Shown here: positions 21,688 to 29,552 of the stretch, piece after piece
Layout: each line of letters begins with the position of its first letter
Numbering within the stretch: the first letter of the stretch is position 1
Program-made: the position numbers and the translations under genes
Source of the DNA: a virus
IMG/VR virus record: IMGVR_UViG_3300021371_000007
Location: 17,947-81,946 of that record
DNA: 64,000 nucleotides
Reading direction: 5' to 3' (one strand)
Notes under the pieces: generated by a model
Told to the model about the DNA's origin: nothing
Databases searched by the model: none
The model's input: only the letters and a program-made list of their open reading frames with translations

Positions 21688-21915
21688 TTGGAAAATAAAT
21701 ATCAAAAATGGATAGACATGGCAACAGCTGTAGATTCTTGGAGAATTTTTCCTAGACTATTTATTACTACTTATATATACTTATTATATAAAGTAGTTGT
21801 ATGGTATATGGGAATAGAAGATCCTACGATGGAGCAATCAGGCCTAGTAAGCATAGTAGTTGGTGCTGGGGCTGCATGGTTTGGTTTATATACCGGATCA
21901 GGAAAAACTAAATAA
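21688..21915 (+). CDS. Small two-TM membrane protein (holin candidate)
   Basis: AAGGAG RBS, TTG start; WRIFPRLF...VVGAGAAWFGLY. Confidence 0.55.
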   Translation: MENKYQKWIDMATAVDSWRIFPRLFITTYIYLLYKVVVWYMGIEDPTMEQSGLVSIVVGAGAAWFGLYTGSGKTK

Positions 21916-22079
21916 AAAAAGTAAATGTTACTATAGAAGATTTAATTCTGTTTATAGTAATTTTAATTGTATGGTTAGATACCTCTTGGTTGGATATATA
22001 CTATTCAAATCATATACTTAGAGTACAAGAGTTTGTTTTAAGTATCTTTCCTTTTATATCTGTTTTATTATATTAAACT

Positions 22080-22109
22080 AAAAAGAGGGCTTTCGCCCTC
22101 TTTTTTTTT
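22080..22109. terminator. Bidirectional intrinsic terminator between convergent modules
   Basis: AAAAAGAGGGC-TTTC-GCCCTCTTTTTTTTT. Confidence 0.85.
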
Positions 22110-22497
22110 ATCCAGTTGCTTCTTTCATAGTTGAAAAATAGTTTCTTGAGTAGTAACTTTCAAGTTCTTTATAACTTCCTAGTAGCTTACCGTTTTGATA
22201 AATACAAGGGGAATAGTTTAAACCTTTTCCTATAGCTTCTTGAGCAGAAGACTGACTATGTGTTTGATGATGAATATGTTGTTCTCCATGCTTTCTTAAT
22301 AAATCTAAGGCTTTTTGAGACCAGTCACAGTTTGGAATAGACACCATACTCCAAACTACTTTTTTGGAGTTATCTTTTAGCCAGCTTGCTGGCTTAGGCG
22401 GAGACGGTATAGTCTCTTCTTTTTTTATGGGTGTAGCCTTCTTAATAGTATTACTCTTATTAGTAGTTTTAGGTGTTGTAATAGTTTTTTCTGTCAT
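22108..22497 (-). CDS. Glutaredoxin-like protein (CxxS)
   Basis: PNCDWSQKA, YSPCIYQNGKLLGSYKEL; low-complexity N-terminal extension. Confidence 0.55.
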   Translation of the reverse strand: MTEKTITTPKTTNKSNTIKKATPIKKEETIPSPPKPASWLKDNSKKVVWSMVSIPNCDWSQKALDLLRKHGEQHIHHQTHSQSSAQEAIGKGLNYSPCIYQNGKLLGSYKELESYYSRNYFSTMKEATG

Positions 22498-22508
22498 AAT
22501 TAACTCCT

Positions 22509-22796
22509 TTAGTGTACTATGCCTAAAATATCAGATTCTTTTACTATTAGAAGATCTTCTCCATCAATAGTTACTTCTGTTCCTGACCATTTACCAAACA
22601 AAATAGTATCTCCAGTAGATACAGATAAGGGTATTAATTCTCCGTTATCTTTTCTTAGTCCTTTACCACAAGCTACTACCGTACCCTCTGCAGGTTTTTC
22701 TTTAGCACTTTCAGGAATTATAATACCCCCAGAAGTAGTTTCTTCTACTTCTGTTCGCCTAATAAGTACACGATCTTGAAGAGGTGTTAATGCCAT
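22509..22796 (-). CDS. groES: Co-chaperonin GroES
   Basis: PLQDRVLI...[15 protein letters not shown]...[10 protein letters not shown]...ESDILGI. Confidence 0.97.
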   Translation of the reverse strand: MALTPLQDRVLIRRTEVEETTSGGIIIPESAKEKPAEGTVVACGKGLRKDNGELIPLSVSTGDTILFGKWSGTEVTIDGEDLLIVKESDILGIVH

Positions 22797-22808
22797 AATA
22801 TTTTCTCC

Positions 22809-23474
22809 TTATGTTAATTTATTTACTATCGGGAATATAGATGCAATAGCCTTTGCACAAGCATGTGCAATATCCATATGCTCCTGCTGTGTACCATTAG
22901 CACCACGTAGTTCAATGTAATGTACCCAACTACGTAGAGTTCCATTCATATATAAACGTGTTTTAGTATTTCCTTCTGGTAATACTGCACGAGCTTGTTC
23001 TTTGGCAATACCATTCGCAATTGCCCAGTCGTATGCGTTTGATGCAGCCGCCCATACATTTCGTTGATGTTGTTCCCATGAAACATGTAAATTTACATCA
23101 TCTGTAATTATACTGTTTTGTCTGTTCTTAGTGTCTTGTAATCGTGCTTTACGCATTACAAATGCATTTCCCATCTCTGAGGGTTCTGCATAGCGTTGGC
23201 TAAATTCTTGAAATGCAAATGAACGATGACGCACTATCTGGTGTGCAATATCACGTGTTGTTTCTATCTCCATTACAGCATTTGCCATTTCTAAGGGTGA
23301 CCAATGTTGATGCTTAATTAAATACTTAATAAGTCTTTCACTGGTTTCTGTATTGATCTGTGCGCTAGGGTTTGATACTTTTGCACAAAAAGCAATTAAT
23401 TCTTGTAAGTTAGTTAATCCTTCTTCTTCAAATATATCTGTAGCCTTACTATAGCTTATTAATCTTACTTTCAT
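22809..23474 (-). CDS. thyX: FAD-dependent thymidylate synthase
   Basis: HWSPLE, RHRSFAFQEFSQRY, KEQARAVLP, TQQEH. Confidence 0.96.
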   Translation of the reverse strand: MKVRLISYSKATDIFEEEGLTNLQELIAFCAKVSNPSAQINTETSERLIKYLIKHQHWSPLEMANAVMEIETTRDIAHQIVRHRSFAFQEFSQRYAEPSEMGNAFVMRKARLQDTKNRQNSIITDDVNLHVSWEQHQRNVWAAASNAYDWAIANGIAKEQARAVLPEGNTKTRLYMNGTLRSWVHYIELRGANGTQQEHMDIAHACAKAIASIFPIVNKLT

Positions 23475-23476
23475 TA

Positions 23477-24328
23477 TTATACCTTTGCTAGGGCTTCGCC
23501 CATTATTGTTTTTATAACTTCAGGGTTTTCTGACATATTAATAGCTTCTTCTAAATAAGTATTTAGATCCATTAGTTGTTTATTAAGTAATAATATTTCT
23601 TTACCACTATTCAAGTTTTGTATATATTTAGCTTTACCTGCTATAGGTAGATTGTTTATTAAATTATCTAGACTTTTGTATTCTTTTACTAAGGATTGAC
23701 TACGTTTTTTACCTATACCATCAATACCCATAATACCATCACTCTTATCGCCCTCAATAATCCTAGAAAATAGAAACTCTTGAGGAGTAAATTGCCAATC
23801 TTCGTGTAAAGAGTCTAGAGTTATCTCTTTTCTAGAGAATAGATTGAATATATTAACATTATGGTCTAATAGTTGATATAAGTCTCTATCACTAGAGACA
23901 ATCCATACGTTATCGTATTGCTCTTTTAAATTATTTGCTAAATAAGTTATTAGGTCATCAGCTTCAATACCTTTGAACTTATAGTGTTCAAAAGGTAATA
24001 ATTCTGTAGTGTCTTTTAAACAGTTGAAAAAACCTGTGAATCTAATTTTTTCTTCTTCTGTTCTCTCTACTTTTCTATTTTGTTTATACCCAGGATAAAT
24101 AGCTTTTCTATAAGAAGAAGCACCTACATCAAAACAGCAAACTATTCTTTTTGCAGAATAGCTTTTTCCTAAACTACTAATAGTCTTAATATATTCTTGA
24201 GAGTAGTCATCAAAATTAGGTCTATGTAGGTATCTGAAAGCTACATTATTAGCATCAATCAAAAGAAGGTTATTTTCTTCGTATTTATTTTGTTCTAGTT
24301 CGGCTAGATCATTCCAACTTGCACTCAT
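23477..24328 (-). CDS. Flap endonuclease / 5'-3' exonuclease (T5 D15-like)
   Basis: LLIDANN, YKQNR, EADD, SSDRD, GDKSDGI.GI.GIGKK; T5 synteny. Confidence 0.92.
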   Translation of the reverse strand: MSASWNDLAELEQNKYEENNLLLIDANNVAFRYLHRPNFDDYSQEYIKTISSLGKSYSAKRIVCCFDVGASSYRKAIYPGYKQNRKVERTEEEKIRFTGFFNCLKDTTELLPFEHYKFKGIEADDLITYLANNLKEQYDNVWIVSSDRDLYQLLDHNVNIFNLFSRKEITLDSLHEDWQFTPQEFLFSRIIEGDKSDGIMGIDGIGKKRSQSLVKEYKSLDNLINNLPIAGKAKYIQNLNSGKEILLLNKQLMDLNTYLEEAINMSENPEVIKTIMGEALAKV

Positions 24329-24353
24329 TAAATTTTCTCCATATTTATACTTT

Positions 24354-24382
24354 ATAATATAATATATTTAATCACTAAGCAA
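24354..24382 (-). promoter_or_regulatory. Sigma70-type promoter
   Basis: TTGCTT-N17-TATTAT upstream of the D15-like gene. Confidence 0.55.
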
Positions 24383-24394
24383 GTTAAATCTAAC

Positions 24395-24841
24395 TTAAAT
24401 AGGTTCTAATTTTACAGCCTCTAATACCCACTCATCAAATAAACCCATTTTAAAATATAAGTCATCCACTCTAACAGTTATTTGATTACGCACTTCAACC
24501 TGATTAGACCAGCAACAGTATATTTTACTCCTATCCCACTTATATATTAATAGTGGTTCTTTTTTCATAGTATCGGCTTCTCTTATAGTTTGTTTCCAAA
24601 AATCTAATAGTAGCGCAGATTTTTTAGCTGTTAATAAGTTATTCCAATTTATTTCTTTATGATGTTTAGCCTCTATACAATATGTAAAATTTGGAAGCCA
24701 AGGACAATAGACATCACCCTTAAGATACTCTAATGCTCCTGATAACGGTACTCTTTCAAACTTATTATTAAAGTGATTAGAAAAAAGATCTCTAACTACA
24801 TACTCAAAACTTCTTCCTTTAGTCTTACTTTTACTACTCAT
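24395..24841 (-). CDS. T5 D14-like PD-(D/E)xK nuclease / Holliday junction resolvase
   Basis: SKTKGRSFE...RVPLSGA...KGDV...IEAKH; synteny. Confidence 0.8.
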   Translation of the reverse strand: MSSKSKTKGRSFEYVVRDLFSNHFNNKFERVPLSGALEYLKGDVYCPWLPNFTYCIEAKHHKEINWNNLLTAKKSALLLDFWKQTIREADTMKKEPLLIYKWDRSKIYCCWSNQVEVRNQITVRVDDLYFKMGLFDEWVLEAVKLEPI

Positions 24842-24897
24842 AATATCTCCTTTGTATAATACTAATATAAAAAAGAACCATAAGTCTAATATAATAT

Positions 24898-24926
24898 AAA
24901 AAAAGAGCCCTTATTGGACTCTTTTT
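24898..24926 (-). terminator. Intrinsic terminator closing the small-gene island
   Basis: Minus strand GAGTCC-AATAA-GGGCTC-TTTTTTT. Confidence 0.7.
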
Positions 24927-24935
24927 ACTTTTATA

Positions 24936-25109
24936 CTATAAATACTTACCATCAATGCTATGAGTTCTTGAGTTATACCAAGCCCATATAAAACAATTAA
25001 TCTTACTATAACGACTATACCAAGGGCCTGTGTGTGTTACTCCAAGACACCAGCCTTGATATCTTAAGTGATAATACCAGTCAAGAATTCTTTTATATCG
25101 TAGGATCAT
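24936..25109 (-). CDS. Small Trp/Tyr-rich hypothetical protein
   Basis: GGAG RBS before ATG 25109 (MILRYKR...). Confidence 0.5.
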   Translation of the reverse strand: MILRYKRILDWYYHLRYQGWCLGVTHTGPWYSRYSKINCFIWAWYNSRTHSIDGKYL

Positions 25110-25281
25110 ACTGTTCTCCATTATAGCCTGGATACGTATCTTTATCTTGAACACCAGAGTTGCATCCTACAACTACAATTAATAAAAATACTATAGACCA
25201 TAACGTTACTCTTTTGCTCCACACTATAAACGCATTAAAAGTATTCTCTGCTTCTATTTGTGCTTGCTCTCTAGGAGTCAT
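25093..25281 (-). CDS. Single-TM protein resembling aa3-type cytochrome c oxidase subunit IV
   Basis: AAGGA RBS; MTPREQAQIEAENTFNAFIVWSKRVTLWSIVFLLIVVV. Confidence 0.45.
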   Translation of the reverse strand: MTPREQAQIEAENTFNAFIVWSKRVTLWSIVFLLIVVVGCNSGVQDKDTYPGYNGEQYDPTI

Positions 25282-25282
25282 T

Positions 25283-25465
25283 TTATTTCCTTTTGTTACG
25301 CATTTCTTGAACCTGTAATATACAACGTTTCGCTTCCTCGTGATATCCCATTCTTGCGAGCTCCGCTGCCGCTCTGGAGTACCCAATCGTCTGCGTAAAC
25401 CGATCGAAGGAAGACCACAAACCCGATAAGGGTGAGAATACATAATTGCTTACCAATGCTGTCAT
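25283..25465 (-). CDS. Small helical hypothetical protein (possibly DUF1127-related)
   Basis: GGAGG RBS; SRAAAELARMGY; coupled to the DUF1127 gene. Confidence 0.5.
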   Translation of the reverse strand: MTALVSNYVFSPLSGLWSSFDRFTQTIGYSRAAAELARMGYHEEAKRCILQVQEMRNKRK

Positions 25466-25698
25466 TATAGTCCCTCCCTATTTTTAATATTAGATCCTGA
25501 ACGAGCTACAGCATAAATGTCACCCCGTGTAAGACCTATGTCTTCTAAATCATAATCTGATAATCTAGATAATTCTTTAATAGTTTGTTTAGCTATACGC
25601 TTATCTCTACGGTATTCTACAAGAGTTCGTAAAGATTCAATTAAGTTTTCAATTATTCTTGTAGAAAAACTATGTGCTATTAATATGTGTTGTGTCAT
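25465..25698 (-). CDS. DUF1127 (YjiS-like) small RNA-binding protein
   Basis: TIKELSRLSDYDLEDIGLTRGDI signature. Confidence 0.88.
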   Translation of the reverse strand: MTQHILIAHSFSTRIIENLIESLRTLVEYRRDKRIAKQTIKELSRLSDYDLEDIGLTRGDIYAVARSGSNIKNREGL

Positions 25699-25859
25699 TA
25701 TACCCATCCTCTTAAATTAGGATTCATATTTCCGTATATTAATTTTTTTTGTCTTCTCTCTAAGTCTACTAAGTCAGTAGATTTAGCTAAGTATTCTGTA
25801 ATTCTTTCTTGTTCTGTTTTCGGTTTTAACTTGTTAAATAGTTTTCTTAAAAGTTTCAT
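25698..25859 (-). CDS. DUF3563-like small protein (53 aa, not in ORF track)
   Basis: AGGAG RBS; MKLLRKLF...EYLAKSTDLVDLERRQKKL...NPNLRGWV; TAATG overlap with the next gene. Confidence 0.65.
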   Translation of the reverse strand: MKLLRKLFNKLKPKTEQERITEYLAKSTDLVDLERRQKKLIYGNMNPNLRGWV

Positions 25860-25931
25860 ATTTTTCTCCTTCTATAATTATAGTATATAATAAAAAGCTT
25901 CAAAAAACAACTATAATTATGTCAAACCCGG

Positions 25932-25948
25932 TATGCACAGTTTGCATA
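25932..25948. promoter_or_regulatory. LysR-type (T-N11-A) palindromic operator
   Basis: TATGC-ACAGTTT-GCATA about 75 nt upstream of the island's first gene. Confidence 0.5.
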
Positions 25949-25970
25949 GCTTAGAGGTAAAAAACGCTAA

Positions 25971-26002
25971 AATAAAATAACCAGAGAATGCTCTCTGGTT
26001 AT
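25971..26002 (-). terminator. Terminator after tRNA-Thr
   Basis: Minus strand ATAACCAGAGA-GCAT-TCTCTGGTTAT-TTTATT. Confidence 0.7.
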
Positions 26003-26008
26003 AATTAA

Positions 26009-26084
26009 TGGTGCTCCCACACGGACTCGAACCGCGGACCTATTGATTACAAATCAATTGCTCTACCAGCTGAGCTATAGGAGC
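26009..26084 (-). tRNA. tRNA-Thr(TGT)
   Basis: GCTCCTATAGCTCAGCTGGTAGAGCAATTGATTTGTAATCAATAGGTCCGCGGTTCGAGTCCGTGTGGGAGCACCA; 76 nt cloverleaf with encoded CCA. Confidence 0.97.
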
Positions 26085-26085
26085 T

Positions 26086-27216
26086 TTATAAACTAAATCC
26101 TTCGAAGGATTTATCGCTAACATCTTTTTTTGTACCGCCAATAACGTAGCTAGAAATTTCAGTTTCTTGAGGAGCCACTTGAACTTCTGCCCCGCTTATC
26201 CATTTTTGAGTCCAAGGAAGAGGGTTAGCTCTAGGAACACTAAAGTCAGGTTTTACACCTGCAGCTACTAGTCTTTTATGAGTTATCCACTCTACATAGT
26301 CACTCAGTAATTTAGCATTTAAACCGATCATAGAGCCATCTTTAAATAAGTACTCTGCCCATTGTTTTTCTTGCTCCATAGCTTCTGTAAACATACTTCT
26401 AACAGTACTTTCACACTCTGGAATAATAGTAGCATAATCAGGATCATCTTTAGGTAATAACTTAATCATTTGCTGTGTAGATGCAAGATGTAAGTTTTCG
26501 TCGCGGGCAATTAACTTAATAATCTTAGCATTACCTTCCATCTTCTTTAATTCGGCAAATGCCCAACTACATGCAAAGCTTACATAAAAACGAACACCCT
26601 CTAAAATATTAACACTAGCTATACAAAGATACAATAATTTTTTAAGCTCATACATATCAACTATATACTTTTCACCGTTAATTGTGTGGGTTCCTTCACC
26701 AAACAATTGATATAATTTGCTTAATTTTAAAAGTTCATCATAGTACTTAGTAATGTCAGAGGCGCAGTCTGTTATTTCGGTGACGTTCATCATTTCATCA
26801 AATATAACACTAGGATTAGTATAAATATTTCTAATAATATGAGTATAGCTACGAGAGTGAATAGACTCACTAAAAGTCCAAGTTAAAATCCAATTTTCTA
26901 ATTCTGGAAGCCCTACTATACCCCCAAAAGCTTCTACAGGGGCTCTTCCTTGAACAGAGTCTAGTAAGATTTGACGTTTTAAGTTCGCAGTAAAAATATG
27001 CTGCTCGTGTTCTGTTAAACCTCTAAAATCTTTACTATCTTTAGTTACGTCTATTTCTTCTGGTCGCCAAAAGAAACCTAACTGTTTGTCTGTAAGCTTG
27101 TCAAATTGTTTATACTTTAAAGTATCATACCTCTGAATGTCTACTCCTCCTTCTGGATCTAAAAACATTAAAGAGGTTAAGTGCTTATTTCTACTATTTT
27201 CATTTAATACTGACAT
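26086..27216 (-). CDS. nrdB: Class Ia ribonucleotide reductase beta subunit
   Basis: FFWRPEE, QILLDSVQGR, ESIHSRSY, LEGVRFYVSF, RDENLH. Confidence 0.96.
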   Translation of the reverse strand: MSVLNENSRNKHLTSLMFLDPEGGVDIQRYDTLKYKQFDKLTDKQLGFFWRPEEIDVTKDSKDFRGLTEHEQHIFTANLKRQILLDSVQGRAPVEAFGGIVGLPELENWILTWTFSESIHSRSYTHIIRNIYTNPSVIFDEMMNVTEITDCASDITKYYDELLKLSKLYQLFGEGTHTINGEKYIVDMYELKKLLYLCIASVNILEGVRFYVSFACSWAFAELKKMEGNAKIIKLIARDENLHLASTQQMIKLLPKDDPDYATIIPECESTVRSMFTEAMEQEKQWAEYLFKDGSMIGLNAKLLSDYVEWITHKRLVAAGVKPDFSVPRANPLPWTQKWISGAEVQVAPQETEISSYVIGGTKKDVSDKSFEGFSL

Positions 27217-27227
27217 AATTTTTTCCT

Positions 27228-29543
27228 TTATAATACACAACTTTCACAATAGTCATCATACTCTTCATCTGAGTCAAAACTATCTCTGTCTAATTCTTCT
27301 TTATCTTCTAAGCTATTTAAGTCTAGTTCGCCTTGACCATCATAGGTATTAAAGTAATATAATTGTTTACCTCCATACTTATAAAACATTAATAAGTGTT
27401 GTAACATTAAACTCATAGGTATTTTTTCTTCTTCAAAATACTGAGGGTTATAGCTTGTATTAACACTAATACCTTGATCAATATATTTTTGTAGTACAGC
27501 CATAATCTTAATATATCCTTCTGGAGAACGTTGGTTCCATAATAAATCATATTTATTTTTTAGCTTGTGTATTCCAGGAACTACTTGTTTTAATACTCCA
27601 TGTTTAGATTGCTTAATACTTACTAAGCTTCTAGGAGGTTCAATACCATTAGTACTATTACTTATCTGAGCACTAGTTTCTGCGGGCATAAGAGCCATTA
27701 GCGTTGAGTTACGGATACCTGTTGTTTTTAGTTGTTCACGTAGTCCTGACCAATCCATACGTTCTATGTGTGGGACTAGCTCGTCTACGTCTTTCTTGTA
27801 TGTTTGATTAGGGGTAATACCATGTCCATATTTTGTTTCCATAACTCCTGGGCATGCACCTTTATCAACGGCTAAATCTGCACTTGCTTTAATTAAGTAA
27901 TAACTCCATGCTTCTGCCCACTCATCTATAAGAGATAATCCTTGCTCATCTATATCTTGATAATTAAGATTATTTTTAGCTAACCAATACGCAAAATTAA
28001 TAATACCAACGCCTAAAGGTCTTCTTTTTTCTGTAGATAACTGTGCTGCACGTAAAGGGTAATCTTGATAGCTTAGTAGGGCGTCTAAACCTCTTATGGC
28101 TAAAGCCCCTACTCTCTCAAAGTCTTCTTTACATTTTACATTACCCCAATTAACAGCACTTAAAGTACATAGGCTTATCTCTCCTTCTTCATCGAATATA
28201 TCTTTTAAAGGCTTGGTAGGTAAGTCTATCTCTGCACATAAATTAGACTGATGAATAGGAGCTACTTTCTCATCAAAACTAGAATGTGTATTAGCATGGT
28301 CCACATTTTGTAAGTATATACGTCCTGTATTTTTACGTTCTTCCATAAATGAAGAAAATAAGTCAATAGCACTTACAGTTTTCTTTCGTAGCTTTGTATT
28401 TTTTTCTGCTCCCTCATACATTATTTTAAAAGTATCAGGATCGTTAAAGAATGAGTCATACAACCCTGGAACATCGCTAGGAGAAAATAGAGTTATATCT
28501 CCTCCAGTAATTAAGCGTTCGTAAAACAACTTATTAAATTGTACGCCATAATCCATATGTCTTACACGATTTTCTTCTGTGCCTTTGTTATTTTTTAGTA
28601 CGAGTAAGTCTTCAACCTCTAAGTGCCAAATTGGGTAATATAAAGTTGCTGCTCCATTTCTAACACCGCCTTGAGAACAGCTCCTTGTAGCTGCTTGAAA
28701 CATCTTATAAAAAGGAATTACCCCTGTGTGATAGGCATCTCCTTTACGTATGGGAGAACCGATAGACCTAATTCTTCCTGCTCCAATACCAATACCTGCT
28801 TTTTGACTGACGTACTTAACAATACTAGAACTAGTAGCATTAATACTGTCAAGACTATCATCAGCTTCAATAAGTACACAAGAAGAGAATTGTCGTTGTG
28901 GAGTACGCAGACCCGCCATGATAGGAGTAGGCAAGCTAAGCTCATGTAAACTAATAGCATCATAGTAATCTTTTACCCATTTTAATCTAGTTTCTTTAGG
29001 ATAGTTAGCAAATAGTGTCATAGATATTAACATATAGGCTACCTGAGGAGTTTCATATATAATCTCTTCAACTCTATTTTGTACTAAATATTTACCTCTA
29101 AATTGCTCCATAGCAACATAAGTTAATTTATCATCTCGTACATGTTTGATATATTTATTAATAGTTGAAAATTCTTTTTTAGAGTAAGTTTCTATAAGCT
29201 CACGATCATAAAACCCTAATTTTACATTTTTTTCTACTATAGAATACAGATCAGGAGGATCAAACTGCCCATATACCTCTTTACGAAGGTTGTAGTTTAT
29301 TAGTCTTCCTGCAACCCATTGATAATTAGGAGTTTGCTCTGAGATTAAGTCTGCGGCACTTTTTATAAGTGTTTCTTGTACGTCTGATGTTTTAATACCA
29401 TCAAAAAACTGTATTTTACTTTTAATCTCTACCTCACTAGGGCTTACTCCTGCTATACCCTCACAAGCTAAAAAAACTACCTTATGTAGTTTTTCAATGT
29501 TTAGATCTTCTTTTTTACCTGTTCTTTTTATAACTTGTATCAT
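27228..29543 (-). CDS. nrdA: Class Ia ribonucleotide reductase alpha subunit
   Basis: ATP cone, PTPIM, FSSC, SNLCAEI, YY and C-terminal CESC. Confidence 0.97.
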   Translation of the reverse strand: MIQVIKRTGKKEDLNIEKLHKVVFLACEGIAGVSPSEVEIKSKIQFFDGIKTSDVQETLIKSAADLISEQTPNYQWVAGRLINYNLRKEVYGQFDPPDLYSIVEKNVKLGFYDRELIETYSKKEFSTINKYIKHVRDDKLTYVAMEQFRGKYLVQNRVEEIIYETPQVAYMLISMTLFANYPKETRLKWVKDYYDAISLHELSLPTPIMAGLRTPQRQFSSCVLIEADDSLDSINATSSSIVKYVSQKAGIGIGAGRIRSIGSPIRKGDAYHTGVIPFYKMFQAATRSCSQGGVRNGAATLYYPIWHLEVEDLLVLKNNKGTEENRVRHMDYGVQFNKLFYERLITGGDITLFSPSDVPGLYDSFFNDPDTFKIMYEGAEKNTKLRKKTVSAIDLFSSFMEERKNTGRIYLQNVDHANTHSSFDEKVAPIHQSNLCAEIDLPTKPLKDIFDEEGEISLCTLSAVNWGNVKCKEDFERVGALAIRGLDALLSYQDYPLRAAQLSTEKRRPLGVGIINFAYWLAKNNLNYQDIDEQGLSLIDEWAEAWSYYLIKASADLAVDKGACPGVMETKYGHGITPNQTYKKDVDELVPHIERMDWSGLREQLKTTGIRNSTLMALMPAETSAQISNSTNGIEPPRSLVSIKQSKHGVLKQVVPGIHKLKNKYDLLWNQRSPEGYIKIMAVLQKYIDQGISVNTSYNPQYFEEEKIPMSLMLQHLLMFYKYGGKQLYYFNTYDGQGELDLNSLEDKEELDRDSFDSDEEYDDYCESCVL

Positions 29544-29552
29544 GGCACTCCT

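Noticed and set aside
25282-25443. Long N-terminus of the 116-aa ORF 25093-25443
   Set aside because: It overlaps the 60-aa gene; the RBS supports ATG 25281.
24898-25465. Cuckoo (CCUCCUCCC) sRNAs that often follow DUF1127 genes
   Set aside because: No such motif repeats seen; the GGGAGGG at about 25472 is an RBS.
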